In this document: piece by piece, positions 1-14,300 of the stretch
Layout of the letters: every line of letters begins with the position of its first letter
Numbering within the stretch: position 1 is the first letter of the stretch
DNA from: Chiloscyllium plagiosum
Taxonomy: Eukaryota
NCBI RefSeq assembly: GCF_004010195.1
Contig: NC_057756.1
Span: 1,887,703 to 1,951,702 of the forward strand
Direction of reading: 5' to 3'
Length of the DNA stretch: 64,000 nt
Position numbers and translations under genes: made by a program
Notes under the pieces: generated by a model
What the model was told of the DNA's origin: nothing
The model's input: only the letters and a program-made list of their open reading frames with translations
The model's database searches: none

Positions 1-317
1 AAGTGAAAACCATTCAAATAATTATCGCGTAGTTTTTATTGCACAACTTGAAATATTTCAGTTTGAGAGTATTCATTATGTTGGCCAGCACACAGAAGAT
101 GTAATTTACACCTGCCATTCTGAAGTGAGATGACGAAAACACGGATGTTACTGTTTCATGGAATTGTCTTCCCGAGAAATAACAGCCTCGCAACTTATTA
201 GCCTAAGTCTGATTTTTCATAAACTACTTACTGATATGGAAGTTAAACATAAAGACAGGAATCAGAAAGGAAAATTTCATTGAGGCAAAATCAAGTTTCA
301 ACTGTTGTGAGAAATTG

Positions 318-410
318 ACTGTGCTGCTCCTCGGATGCTGCAAGACCTGTTGTGTTTTCCAACGCTATACATTTTGACTCTGGTCTCCAGCATCTACATT
401 CCTCATTTTC
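318..410 (+). mobile_element. Fragment of Penelope-like element terminal repeat (pLTR 3' part)
   Basis: CTGCTCCTCGGATGCTGC...TGTGTTTTCCA...GACTCTGGTCTCCAGCATCT matches the sequence ending the PLE copies at 4370-4450 and 29210-29300. Confidence 0.7.
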
Positions 411-464
411 CGCTTAGGAATTGTTGCGTCAACTCGGAGGGACAGAGAGAAATCCATCTATTAT

Positions 465-1070
465 TCATTATGCGAAAGACCAGACCAAACCTCCTCAAAC
501 ATGTTAACGAGACACTCGAGACGCAGCCTTTTTCTCGTCTTAAGTGCAAGTACCAAATGTTATGCTCTGGATGTAATTCAATTAGACAAACTTTTGTGCT
601 TAGATGAAAACACACGTTATTCATACATTCTAGTTAAAATGCAGACTGTACTTAAAAACAAACTGTCTGAACTATAAATCCATCGGAATACTAAACAAAA
701 TAATCTACTACTCATTAGCTATTCCAACATAGTAACACGCCTCAGACATCTCCTCGGCAAAGGCAAAATAATTTTTAGAAACTGGATTGCCCTGCAATTC
801 CAGAAGTAGAAAAATAAACCCAGTTTCTACCAGTGAAAGAGAGAGGAAAATAATTTCCACATTCAGCTTCAAGAGTCAAACAACTGTCATTAAAAGTTAA
901 GCTAAAAATCTTAGTTCTTGACCACACACATTCAAGTTGCTTCAATATTTTAAAACAACTAAGTTGTTTACTTTTTTTTAAATTTTGAGCGGACTGCTCT
1001 GTACCTCTGTCTGAACCCTCTTTATAAAAAAGGAAAAAAATACAACTCTTAAAGCTGCTGTATCGTTAGG
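465..1070 (-). mobile_element. Probable solo LTR related to the Gypsy/Gmr1 LTRs elsewhere in the window
   Basis: Left part (GACCAGACCAAACCTCCTCAAACATGTTAA) resembles the LTR starts at 22655 and 41608; right end (GCTGCTGTATCGTT) resembles the LTR end GCAGCATCGTCA at 45771; similar ~600 bp length; no internal domains adjacent. Confidence 0.5.
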
Positions 1071-2524
1071 GTCATTTTTTTGCACACGTTTCTTTTTTTT
1101 ACACAACGCTTACCAACAAATTACTCTTCCTTGTCCAATGCAATCATGAAAATTCGATCAATAAATTCCAAATTTTCCAAATAAATCACTTTTCGAAAAT
1201 TGGGCAATTTCCTCGATTCTTATGTTTTATTTCTTTGTTCATACAATGAAATTGTATTAAGGATTCAATTAATTGTCGTAGTCATGGTTAGAGTTCGTAG
1301 CTTATACTGTTTAGTGATTTTGAGAAGATAAAAACAATTGCAATAATGTTTTGTTTCCTCTGATTTTTTGACAAATTTTTACATCGACAATCCATGAGAC
1401 TGTATGATTTAGTTTTCCCACACAATGCTGAGAAAAGAATAGAGAAGCTGGTATGCTCCTTTTCCAAGAAACTTAACCAGTAGCAGAAGAAGTATGGTAT
1501 CATCGCCAAACAAACTTTATGATAACAACTGTCTGTTCAACGCTTTGAGGACAATGTCTGATATATTAGCAAACAAGCAATAATCAGCATTGGTCATAAT
1601 CCATCGGCCTTCATCAAGAAAGAAGAGCAATATTCGAAAGGAAATGTTAATCAAAAGGAGACTTATTTTAAATATTTGATGTAAAATTTATATGTAAAAA
1701 TGATACTTGCGTTTCGGATGAATATTTGTTCTATATCATTTTTCAAAACGGTAATTTTTGTAACAAAACAAACATTTTATCTGACTTTAAAGCAGACAAG
1801 AAAGATAAATGTATTCTCGATTGCTATTGTTTATCCATATCATATTTTGTGATGAGCGGCATTAAAATTTGGATATATGCAAAAGCCGCATTTTATTATA
1901 TTCGAGCATTCTTTTATTGTGGGTTAAATGCGAATAACTCTTTATAAACCCATGAATTGTGAAAGAGACTGATACATTGATTTTATTTACAAGCATAATA
2001 CCTATAGATCAATGAAAAACAAACGTTTGCTATTCAAGCATTGTGGTATGACAGTCTATAAAGAAAATTTGTGAGCATACAACCTGAGTTTTAATGGGGG
2101 AAATACCGGCTGTGAACAGTTCACAGTGAAAAGTGTTCCGGCCACTTAGAGAAATGTAATTGTTTCCAAGATAGATGAAAACCATCTGGCCATGAACAAT
2201 GTCGCAGAAGTCTTCTGATCTCTGAAATTTCAGGCATTATTCTTTTCTCAAAGTGAATTCAAAGAACATGCCTTAAATAAGCTTACGACCATTGTCCAGT
2301 TGTTTTAAACTTCCGCTTCCATGCAAAAAAAAAGAGACATTTCCTTATTTTAAACTGTTCTCTGCATTTCTCTCTTAAGAAAGTCAATAATACATAGAGA
2401 ACAGAGAGATTATTATTTGGCCAATTATGACAATTCAGAGGGTCATCTTACCAACCCACTTAACAGGAATCGTTGAGCGGTTGTGAAAGTGGTTAGAGTT
2501 TAGTTAATAGAGATGTATTCGAAA

Positions 2525-3212
2525 ACCACAACAGATCTGGCAGCTTCCGAGAAGCAGGAAAATTTCGACATTTCACACAAAAGCTCTTCAGCATGAATGA
2601 GGCTGTGGGTCTCATGGGTGGAGAGAGAAATGGGAGGGGAGTGGGGCTGGGGAGACGTTAGCTGAGAGTCCAATAGTGGGTCAAGGTGATAGGTCGGAGA
2701 GGAGGGTGGAACAGATAGGTCGGTAGGAAGATTGACAGGTGGGACAAGTCTTGAGTGCGATGCTGAGCTGGAGTTTGGAACTGAGGTAAGTTGAGGGGAC
2801 GGGAAATGAGGAAACTGGTGAAGTTTACATTGAAGCCAAGGGGTTGACAGGTCCCAATGTGGAATATGAAGGAGAGATCCAGGAAGGGGAGGGAGATGTC
2901 AGGGATTGTCCAGGTTAACTTAATGTCATGATGGAATGTGTTGGTGAAGTTGATTAACTGTTTGACATCTTCGTGGGAGCCCAAGGTAGCGCCGATGCAT
3001 TCATCAATGTAACCGAGGAAAACTTTTGGAATGGTACCATTGTAACTCCAGAAGATGGACTGTTCTTTGCACCCGACAAAGCGACAGGCATAGCTGAGGC
3101 CCATGGATACCCCTTTCGCCTGGAGGAGATGGGAGGTTTCGAAGGTGTAATTTCTGAGTATGAGTTCCAGTTCAGCCAAACGAATAAGAGTGTCAATGGA
3201 CGTTACCAGTGG
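2525..3212 (-). mobile_element. Penelope-like element, inverted segment: RT core fused to element 3' end/pLTR
   Basis: ORF 2658-3293 has PLE RT motifs LLQAKGVSMG, FLGYIDE (YIDD), LPFLDLS, then jumps to the C-terminal FHIGTCQPLGFNVNF; degenerate pLTR at 2525-2610. Confidence 0.85.
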
Positions 3213-4455
3213 AGTATCAATGACCGACTCAACACTGACATATTTTACAAACCCACCGACTACTGCAGCTACCTGGATTGCACCTCCTTCCACTCAACCT
3301 CCTGCAAAGAATGCTATCCCATCTTCCCAATTCCTCCACCACCAGCGCATTCGTTCCCAGGAGGACCAGTTCCACGACAGAACACACTAGGTGGTCTCCT
3401 TCTTTAAATACCACAACTTTCCCTCCCATATGATTGAAATGCCATTCAATGCATCTCATTCACGTCCCGATCTTCCGCCGTCGAACGCCACGACTCCAAC
3501 CTCAACAAAGACAGAACCCCGGCCCCAGTCGTCACATTTCACCCACCAATCTCGGCAGAAATCACATCATCTGCCGATATTTCTGCCACCTCCAATCCGA
3601 CCCCACCACCAGCGATATGTTTCCCTCCCTACCCCAATCTGCTTTCCACAAAACGCATTCCGTCTGTGACTACAAGGTAAAGTTCACGCCCCCAACAACC
3701 TATCCTCCCCTCCCTAAACCTTCCGCTGCCACCACAGGAATTGCAAAACCTGTGCTCACAGCTCCCACCTCACCTCTATCCAAGGCCCCAAAGATGTCTT
3801 CCACTTCCATCAAAGGTTCACCTGCTCTTCCTCAAGTCATTTATTGCATAATTGCTTCCGATGTGGTCTTCTCAACATGAGATAGACTGGATGCCTTCTC
3901 GCAGAGCACTTCAGAGAACTTCTCCGGGACACTCACACTAATCAACCCAACTGCCCCGTGGCCTAACCATTCAAATCACTCTCCCACTCTCGGCCTCCTC
4001 CATTGCCACTTCCGCACCACATGATACCTGGAGGAAGAAAGCCTCATTTTCCACGTTGGGACACATCAACCCCTTATCATCATTGTGGACTTCAACAGTT
4101 TCCTCATTTCCCCTCCCCCAGCATACCCCAGTTCCAAGCTTTCAGTTCAACACCGTCCTCATTGCAACACTGCCTTGCCTGCAAAACTTCATTCCCACCT
4201 GTCTGCTCCACCCTCCTCTCTGGCCTATCATCTTCACCCCCACCTCCATCCACTCACAGCACTCTCAGCTAACTTCTCTCCAGCTCCACCCCCTACCATT
4301 TATCTTTCCACTCCGAGGCTCCCAGCCTTATTCCTGATGAAGGGCTTTTGCTGAAACCTCATTTTTTCCTTCTCCACGGATAGTGCCTTACCTGCTGTGC
4401 TTTTCCACAGCCAGTTTAATTTTGACTGTAATCTCCAGCATCTGCAGCACCCACT
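3213..4455 (+). mobile_element. Penelope-like element 3' half (RT thumb, Cys linker, GIY-YIG endonuclease, pLTR), frameshifted
   Basis: DRLNTDIFYKPTD..SYLD..S.H..SCKNAIP.SQFL; VIYCI at ~3836 followed by a degenerate CGLL(YIG)ET; ends with a hammerhead-type motif and pLTR. Confidence 0.85.
4328..4366 (+). ncRNA. Degenerate minimal hammerhead ribozyme motif in PLE terminus
   Basis: CTGATGA (4334-4340) A GGGC TTTT GCT GAAAC CTC; stem II shortened and GTC changed to CTC relative to the 29180 copy. Confidence 0.55.
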
Positions 4456-5059
4456 TTGGCGTAATAGACATGTAAGTTGACATTTAATAATCACGTACCT
4501 GTAGCAATAGCCTAATTATTTGGAATGAATTTTGTGCTGAGCACTCCTTCTTTTAATATGCATTACCCGATTGAATTATTTGCAGATTTTGTAACCTCAT
4601 TGGGCAGGCATGGCCCATCCAGTAAAAAAAAATGATGGTCCATTAATTAACTCACTGATAAACGAGAATCACCAAATATTCCAATGAAAAATAGTGCTGA
4701 CACCCAGCAGATCATTACAGAAGGTACGTCTGAAACATTTCGAACAGGATTCTGCAGGAAAAGTAACTTACTGATGCAATATGTTGTCGTCACGAGTTTC
4801 CCAGATTTGAAGATGACCGTCCGCAGAAATTTTGAATAATTTAATGTGATCATATGGCAAACATAAGGCAACAAATATTGCAATGGCTTAGAGAGATGAC
4901 AGTATTTTGCAGCTTATACTGAATATTCCTTCTTCAGAGCATCTGCACAACAACCAACCTTTTCGTGCAAAAGTATTTGCATAAACCTGGATATTTGAAG
5001 TATCGCTTGCATATGTAAATTGAAAATAAAAAGGATGAGTTCAATTCAGCTGATCACAG

Positions 5060-6240
5060 CATTATGAGTGCACTCTCGATCATCTGTAAAGTAATAGAGG
5101 GGATGCACAAGACGCTAAAAAGCCATCGACACCTTAAGACCACATGCTGACAGCTGTTCAGTTTAAGTTATCCCAGGGCCACACAAATGTGACCGCATTA
5201 CAGCCCTGGTTTGAATACAATCACAAATTCGAGTTCAGAAAGAAAAGTGAGTGTCCTTGACTTGCAGACCATAACATGTCGAATCAGGAATCCTAGAAAA
5301 CTGGAGATAGTGGACATCAAGTTAAATCTCTCCTCGGGATGTAATCATGCTGAGTGACAAAGATGGCCACATCGTAAAGCTCAATCATCTGCATAATAGG
5401 ACAAAATTACAGTCATTGTTCAGATTATTAAAATAAGCTCATTGCGTTTCAACTGTTACATCGGAAAATTAGCGTTAGATTGCCTCCTTGTTGTTACATT
5501 CTTTGCAAATCCTCAAATATTGCAACATGTGATGTCGAAATGCAACAGGAACTGGACAATATTTAGAGCAGTAATATTTTTTAACAGTACAAGAAACATA
5601 GTACTTAAGAGAGAATCTAGCTTACACCGCTAGACATTCTTTTGCATCGATGTTACTGAATCTCAATCCATTCAATTTTTGGCGGTATCCAATGGCACAA
5701 CATTGAAGTGGAATGACGTGGTCAGACCAGATGTTAAGTATCCTATTGTGAGTAATTAAAAAATTTCATTAATTCTGAAAGACTATCTCCCATCACAATG
5801 ATTGATTCTTGCGTGTGGAATGCTACAGGCTACTTGCATGGATGACAGAAACTCTAAACACATTGAGAAACTTCAGTGAGCTTGATTGGCTGCAAACATC
5901 CAATCATTATTTCCTGTACTCATTTGTAGCATAACATGCACTGCACATATGTAGCAAGGCACGCATCATGCTCCAGAAGATTAAATTCGGGGGGAACAAG
6001 AGCAGCAAGTACATGTGAATATCAGAAATCTTTCAAATTCCAAATACGATTCAGAATTGGAAATCTGAATTAATACAGTACAGTTGGTGCAAAATATGGA
6101 ACTCTCTCCTTAACTGCATGGTGGATGCAGCGATATCAAATACCTACAACAGTTCCACAGGACAACTCAACTTCCTATTGTTAAGTCAAAAGTGATGGAC
6201 GATAAAAGCTGACCAAACAAGCTAAACCAAGTTCACCAAA
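5060..6240 (+). mobile_element. Old, highly degenerate non-LTR retrotransposon (CR1/L2 group), RT and 3' parts
   Basis: Patchy similarity to the reverse complement of 41200-41600, 45790-45890 and 46640-46780; recognised by eye only, no ORF left. Confidence 0.45.
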
Positions 6241-6864
6241 CAATTAAATTCATACCCCTTTGTTCATTTTTCCAACAATGTGCATTGCTAGAATCCAATT
6301 TAGATCAGTGGCAACGAGTTTTTGATGGGATTTCCACTACCTGAGGATCAATATTTAAATTGCACGCGTTGATGGCTTTTTAGGACAGTTTTATTTGCAT
6401 CAATGCATAACAATCCAAACCAAAAATAAAAAGCTGTGGATAATCTGTGGCAATTACCAAGCTAACAATGAAATGGAAATGTCTGATCACAAGATTTGTA
6501 GTAGATACATGCGACACAGTATTGAAAGCTGTTATTTCCTTGATATGGCAAATGAATAAAAAAGACTGTGCATGTGTATTGGCAGTAAAACGCTTAGTGA
6601 GTTTCGAGACCCAAGTGAGTGCATAATTAGTACTGTAGAAAAAACTTCAGCCAGTTTGACTTACTACTATAGAAGAATTGTGCCTCTCCTGATATCACGA
6701 TCTTGACAATTTCCCATGTTCATCCAGACTTACATTGTATGGAAAACTTGCATAATTTGCCCATGTTTCTAACTTTGTTTTCTTTTGAAACAATACTGCA
6801 AATTTCCACATTTGTAATTGTTCACTTTCTGTTATTTTGCCCTGCCATCTTTGTCAACAGTTTG

Positions 6865-7503
6865 GTAAGCTTTCTTTTCTTGATCAGAGTATTGACTGCA
6901 GGTGTTGGGAGGTCTGTTGAGGCTGTACAGGACATTGGTTAGGCTACTGTTGGAATATTGCATGCAATTATGGACTCCTTCTTATCGAAAAGATGTTGTG
7001 AAACTTGAAAGGGTCCATAAAAGATTTACAAGAATCTTGCCAGGGTAGGAGATTTTGAGCAATCGGGAGAGGCTCAATAGGCTGGGGCTGTTTTCCCTGG
7101 AGCGTCGGAGGCTGACGTGACCTTATGCAGGTTAACAAAATTATGAGGGGCAAGGAAAGGATAAATAGACAAATTCTTTTCCCCCGAGTCGGGAAGTACA
7201 GAACTAAAGGGTATAGGTTTAGGATGAGAGGATAAAGATATAAAAGAGACATACGGGGCAAGTTTTTTTCACACAAAGGGTGGTGCATGCATGGAATGAA
7301 CTGCCAGAGAAAGTGGTGGAGTCTTGTACAATTGCAACATTTAAAAGGCATTTGGATGGGTATATGAATAGGAAGGGTTTGGAGGGATATGGACCGGGTG
7401 TTGGTAGGTGGGACTAGATTGGATTGGGATAACTGATCAGCACGGATGAGTTGGACGCAAGGGTCTGTTTCCATGCTTTACATCTCTATCACTCTATGAC
7501 TCT
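6865..7503 (+). mobile_element. CR1 LINE 3' fragment
   Basis: ORF2 C-terminal sequence (LE..VQ.WTP.YRKDVVKLERV.KRFTR; FFTQRVV..WNELP), 3'UTR GGGTCTGTTTCCATGC and tail CTCTATCACTCTATGACTCT; near-identical family to 23774-24345 and 50324-51080. Confidence 0.9.
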
Positions 7504-8499
7504 TTTATAGTGCTATTAGACAAAATTGCTACACTGAATACGATATTCAGCAGTAACGTAGCGTGATGTGTGTTTTCAGCGAGAAAATTGACGCACAAAT
7601 TGGTTGCACAATGCACTTAACACGAAATAAATCCATGAAACAATTTAAAACAACTGTTTTTTTCTTTAACTATGTATGGACATATTTTCATTTTATTTAC
7701 CTTTCTCACACTGTCTTAATTTCTCCTCTGCAAATAACAATTAACAGCAATATGTCATAAGCACAATAACGATCATACACATCAGTTATTTACTAATGAG
7801 AGATTTATCACCATCAATTCACGCACATATGATCTGATTAACATCTGAACGTTGATTTATATTTGACTTTATAGTCTCCTAAATACGGCGTAATTTCAAA
7901 TGCTTTAGCAAAAATAGGTCACTTGAGCATATCTCATGTGTACATGTTTCCTTAACGTCTTCTTTAGATTTAAATTTAATCGTCAAAGTTATCATTGACA
8001 TAATTAATATCTGGTTCCTAATTATGGCTTCCACTAACTCAGTTTATTAATTGGAAACTAATATGTCAGGTGTGATACTCACCTAAGTGACAATGTATGG
8101 TGAGATCACAAAACTGGAAAAGTAGTAATGTTCTCGTATGTCTCGTCTTTGATAGGAATTACACCTTTTTCTGGGCCTTCCTATCGTTCCCTCGTAACCT
8201 TGTTAAAATTTGGAAAGCAACAATCACATCTATTTCCAACGTATTCTTTACTAATGCTCAACTATTACATAAAAGTTTTTTCTTCCTTTCTGCACCTTTG
8301 AGTCTTTGATGAAGTATCAAATCCTGTCCGTAATGTATCCGTCCGGTTAAAATTCGGAACAGTTTGTGTCCAAGTGTTCTTATCGAATGAAATGATCTCT
8401 TTACAAAACAACGTATGAGATTGCTGAGCGACAGAAGTGGTGAAGAAGCTTGGCAATGACCTCCAAAAGTAACACAAATAGGCAGATGCAAACTCCTCA

Positions 8500-8559
8500 C
8501 GACACGCAAACACACACTCACACAGACACAGACACACGCGCACACACACACACACACAC
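8500..8559. repeat. Imperfect (CA)n microsatellite
   Basis: Direct reading; explains the MCVCVC ORFs on the minus strand. Confidence 0.9.
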
Positions 8560-10889
8560 TTTCTTTTGGTTCACTATCATCGTGTTAATCCATTCCAGAC
8601 ATCCACTTTAACATTCCAGGAAATCACTTGGCAAAATGAACATAAAATTAGAGGTCAGGCCTATGCTGGTTCAGAACATAAGAAATACATTTACCATAGA
8701 AAGGCATTTAATCTGCTATCATGCGTGATGATTGCTTAGATGTCTACAATGCACAAATTCTGCTAAGAACGCAATTCCTTTTCTTAAAGTAGGGAATCAA
8801 ACCTGTTGTCATGACAGACGAACCATTTCCTGGGAAATGCGTGGAAATACATAAACATAATTTGATTAGCATATCAAACAACACACAGTGACAATATAGG
8901 CCGACAATTCTGAAGCATAATTCCTTGGTGGACGATAATTTGAAAGCAGTGGCTTGAACTTCAATTTTCTGCCGATGCCAACTTCTTTTGTCCTGGTTAC
9001 ATCCTCGATGCTGACCTGATAACTACCTGTCGCCCACAATGCAGATAGACTGTGGGTGTTTCCATGGCAGTTTAAAACAAAATATGAAGACACCTTTTAA
9101 GACACCTGCGTTTAAAAAATAATGTCAAGTAATCTCCTGATTGCTTAAAGTTTACAGTAAACTAAATGAGGTTAAATCTGTGAACAATATGTTTTAAGAC
9201 TCTGAAAGATTCTAAGCACGTACCAAGTTTCAAAGAAAAGGCGATTGCAGTAAGTGCAAGGATGAAAGAAATAAATTTATAGCATTAGTAGCAGGCTTGA
9301 TATTGGAGAAACGGAATAATGATGCAGAGATACAAACTGAACTTCTGGAGGCATGTTTTCCAATTCCTGCATGTCTATTGGAGAAATTTAAATCCGATAT
9401 AAGATTGTACCACCCAAAACCAAAAGTATGCCTACTTTTGATTATCTAAGAATGTTGTTCGTGAACAAGAAACGTTTGATCGCTTATTATATTTAGAAAG
9501 GGAAATAATCCATTCTTATCTGTCGGTCTGATGAAACAACAATTCTTAACTAAAGAATAGATCTAATTGGAATGGGTATTAAGTGCCATTAATATCCACT
9601 TGCCTTGCATAGATAGGAATCTCGTCCTTGTACTGACCAAAATTCCTCATGGCTCCTGGCTTTTTGTGAGCGACAGGTGAATTGGGGAATAGTTTTACGT
9701 GCAGGGGGACATAAAATAGTCCTTTGTTAGAAACGAATGAGTTAGCCATGACATCTGAGCTGAACAGCGATTGCAGAATTAAAGTACAAACATCTTCACT
9801 GCTTTTACTTCAAAAGTGAATTTAAATATTTCGTATGTTGGCACCTTGCTGTTGGTATCATTTTAAGTTAATCTGATGTTGAACTGCTAATTACAATAAC
9901 AGTATTAGCTAGTGAGGTTATTTAATTTTATCGTTCTCTTGTGAATTTATGGTAAATTAGTATCCAGCACATTTTAACCTATAATTGGATACATGTACAA
10001 CAATAAAGTCGCAACATTTTATTTTGCTTTCTCGACTTTATTCTTCTCTGCAGGGATCACTGTGCTCTGTTTGATTAATGCAAATATTTAGGCTCACTGC
10101 CATATCAATCATCTAATAAGGAATACATTGATGGTAAAACGATCACTTTGATGTGAAATGTGATAAATAATGGGGTAGAAATGACACATATTGTTGTTCG
10201 TCAAATTCTGAATAAATCTGTTAACAATGCAAATTGGAGAGTGACTGGAGAAACTTTGTATCTTTGACATTTCAGTTGACAGGTGACAAGTTTGGCAGTT
10301 GCTAACAGAAAGCAGCATGACAATAGCAATCATTGGAAAAGAACAGGTTCGTCGAATCAGTGAAATATTCTAATTGGATCTCTGAATTTATTTTTAATCG
10401 TAATAGTATTTTAAACTTTTGTTCTGGTCGTTGTTGTTGATAGTTGGTATAATAGCGTTGTTGTTACAATGGTTAATAGGTATCACGTCTTAATGATTAA
10501 CAATACTCAAACAAGCTTAAAAGGCATGCTATCCAGTGACTGAAGAGAAGATGAGAAAATCGAGCAGGAATGAATGATTTCCTTGGCCTCCAATACAAGT
10601 GTAAGTAATCTGGAATGAAACGATTTGTTGCCTTTTCTTCTCTCACATATGTACTTGCACCTTGGACTGATGAAAGTACAACGCCCACAATTGGCCAACT
10701 GAGGAAAGAACTATTCGAAATAGCTTCCTTATTACTGTTCAAGGATATATGTCGAGGGCAGCAATTATCAAGAGCACTTTCGATAAACTAATTCATTGTC
10801 CTTATCCTTTAAATAAGCAAATACCGACAAAATCAACTTGTGGAATGGTCGAGCAATTGCAAAATGACACATTGGACAGTCACTGAGTT

Positions 10890-11320
10890 ACAGTGTGACG
10901 TGGGACAAATATGGACTGTTTTCTTTCGAGCCTCGAAGACTGAGGTGTGCATCTTATAGAAGAGTATAAGTTCATGAGAGGCATAGAAAGAGTGAATGCA
11001 CTCTCTTTTTCACAGGGTTGTGGAATAAAGGACGAGAGGGCATCAGTTTGAGGTTTGAGGAGAAAGAATAAAAGTGACACTGAGAAGCAACAGTTTTACA
11101 TGTTAGACCGTACACATTTGCAACGAGCTGCCAACAGAAATGCTGAGGCAGCTAAGAAAAATTAAAAGGCATTTGTACAGATACATGCATAGGTGCAGTT
11201 TGAAGGATCTGAGCTAAGAACAGGGAAATGGGGATATCGAGGATTAAACGTTTGGTCAGCCTTTACCAGTTTGGGCTAAATGGCTTGTCTCCATGCTGTA
11301 GAACTCTATGACTGTATGAC
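10890..11320 (+). mobile_element. Degenerate CR1 LINE 3' fragment
   Basis: GGACTGTTTTCTTTCGAG..GAAGACTGAGG, TTGTCTCCATGCTGTA and tail AACTCTATGACTGTATGAC. Confidence 0.75.
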
Positions 11321-14300
11321 AATGATCTGCAAGTCCAGGATCATTTGTGATGACAGATTCCGCAAATTTCGAACCTTTATGAGATTCTACCTTGTATAAA
11401 GATACTTTTTCCATCGAACAATTGTGTTGTCTATCTTTAATGAATGATTTATTTGACATGCCTCTCTGCTGCTTGCTTGTAATCATCGCTTTTCCTTACC
11501 TGCGAACGATGCCTTGGTCCTTTCAACTAATACACTCCTACTTTGTTAACGAGTCTGAAGAATCCTTAAAAAGTCAATTACCAGAAGGGAACAGAAAAAC
11601 TGCATATAAAATTGATTAATTTAGTTGTACATGCTGATTGGCAGAGACGTTGTGGGATTAAGAGCCTAATTCAATGATGTAGAATTCATTTCTTTCATAT
11701 CTCTCAATAAACTTATGAGTCTTTTGTCGTGTGTAATTTCATGATAACTGTTCTTTTCATAGTTGCATAGGGTATATTTTGTATCAAAAATGACTACTAC
11801 TTCCTTCAAAAATGAAATAATATTTTCATGAATACATCTAAAGTTTAGAGGCCTCCTTAATTTCCTGCATCCTGTCAAAGCCAATTTAAGAAAAAGCTCC
11901 GGTTAACCACGTTGTTTTGTCATTACGAATGATAATGTCAAAGCCAGACAATTGATTAGAATACACTTCCTGTCTATATTTAATGCAGGAGTGAGCTTTT
12001 CATTTTGTAACCGTCAGACACAATTTCCAATACAAATGTCGTTGTAATGTCATGCCAGCGATTTTTTTTTTCTTCAGATACGTTGCTTCCAGAATTTTGG
12101 TAATCAAAAGAACTGCTGGGACAACTCACGATGTTGGCAGTTGACATCGAATCATAAATAGAAATAAAAATGTTGATTTTAATCTTACAGGTCTTTGGCT
12201 TTTGTTTGCAATTGAAACCCTGAAAAAAGATTCGATTTACCTGTCTGGAAATTTTCTATGCTATATCTACGATGAAATTGCATCATTTTGTCAGATAAAT
12301 TAGCTGCACCATTTGATTGCATTGGTATATTTTGTAAATTTTTCTCTTGTAAGTCATCAGGCACGTGCTTGCAAGGTGTTCCAGTGTAATTTTGTTTACG
12401 TAGATATTTAAAATCTCTTCAGATGGAGCACACCGCACTCACACCCTGACTATAACATACATACCTGCTTCCCTCAAATTGTTTTGAACGTTTCCTCTGA
12501 AGGTGCCAACGATTGTTTGCTCGAACTACTTAATTGCCTCCATATTCCCCCTTTCATTTATGTGAGAAAGAGATTCATTTGAAGTTGTTACAACCATTTA
12601 CCGAGGATAAACAATGGACACTTTCTTTTTGCTCTATTTAGCAGCATGAAAATTCATCTCATATTTTCTTTTCCTATTAACATCAATGCTTTGATGGGAA
12701 AATACTGTGATGTTAAATGACATGTATCTTCATTCAGGTAGCACAATGTCTTGTAGTTCCAAATTGCTATGCCTGTTAATTATTTGCATTAATGGCAAAC
12801 TGGTAGCAGCACCTCAATTCTCTTCTTAATTTTTAAGTTTTAAGAAGTTCGACATTGCTGCTTGTATTGTTTATATCTGAATTTAGGAGAACTTCTAACT
12901 TAGACAATTTGTAGCCCTGGACTAATTTACCTTCGTAAACAGATACCGTATTGTTTTCTTTAATGCACAGCAGAAGATCGAATCATTCGTCTGGTTTGAA
13001 AAAAAGATCATTTCTTTACAGATTAAATATATTCTGCTGTACGATTTTGAGAGTACCCACCTCTCCTTACATTTCAATATTCCTGATTACTTCACATCGA
13101 ATAGGATGTTAATTTTTGAATTGTAACACTGATTTCTAAAATATTCAAAATATTGAAAGTTAAAAATCTTTACTTGCCACCCTTTGCTCTTACTCTAACA
13201 GTTGTTGACATGCTCTTAGATATTTTGATTTCATTTTTGACATGAACCATTAATATTAACTGGAATCAGTACTATTTGTGTGTTACTCCATTATTCTGTT
13301 TAAACATTGAGGTGACTATTGCACGATCAATTTCGTTTAAACTCAACACTACCAACTCCAGTAAAACATTTTTTATCGTTTGTTTTCCAAAAGAAACCTC
13401 TCTCTCTTTCGCATTATTATGCACGCCATCAGAGATAGTTTAAACATTCTAAAAGTCTAGATTGCTTCCCGTTGTATAAAGCCTGTAGTACCCATTTTCC
13501 ATTTTGTTTACTTTGAGACTCCACAGCGTCTGAAGATGCCCTTCTGAAATTTTATCCTTGGTCAGTCGAAACTCCAACACAACGGGAAGGAAATTCACAT
13601 TTAATTTTACCTGCAGATTTTGCAAGGTTTCTCAATCTGTTTATCTCTGAAGGAATAATGAAAATGTTACCACTTCACTGGAAGTTCGTAGCTTTCAACT
13701 TTAATTAATTTATCACTATCAAAACTTATGCCCGTGTACTGGCTTCGAAAATAAAACAAATCCTTAAAAGATTGCTGCATCCATTTGATACTTCTGCATT
13801 TTTCAGCGACATCCTTCCAAATGCCGAGCAGAGGATGTTTCTGAACAGCACATCTTAATTTCACAATTAATAATATATTAGTTTCAAAGTTTATAACTGG
13901 ATATCTCAAATTTGCTATGGTTTAATTATAAAGTTGTATGTACAAAAATCGTTATTGTATCATGGTAACATGCCTTTTTGTGCAATAGGCCCAATGTACA
14001 AATAACACCGGCATTGTCACAGGAGATGCACCAATTCACTTTTTCACCACACCTATGTGCGAGTATTATAAAGCATGTACTGCTCTAGAACTTCATCAAA
14101 TCTGCAACAGTCGTTTGAAAGACGGAGACAGTTTAAATGTTCTTCACAATATTAATTCTATTTGTTCATCAAATGTGAGTCACAGTGAGAGAAAACCATA
14201 TCGTTTCAAATTATCAGCATTACCCTCTCTGGAGATTTTGCCACACTTATCGGAGTTCTGATGTGGCAACATACAATTAACAGGCATGCATGTTGCGAAA

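Noticed and set aside
8320..8340. Peptide NPVRNVS encoded here (+) and at 4731-4751 (-) with only synonymous differences
   Set aside because: Similarity does not extend either side; short matches like this are expected by chance across six frames of 64 kb
8884..8911. CACAGTG heptamers (also near 2122, 14181, 44453, 49307) as V(D)J recombination signals
   Set aside because: No convincing nonamer at the expected spacing and no V/J segments adjacent
10092..10346. KEYIDGKTITLM* after an AG, like an Ig B strand with Cys mutated to stop
   Set aside because: No properly placed Trp or second Cys; several stops
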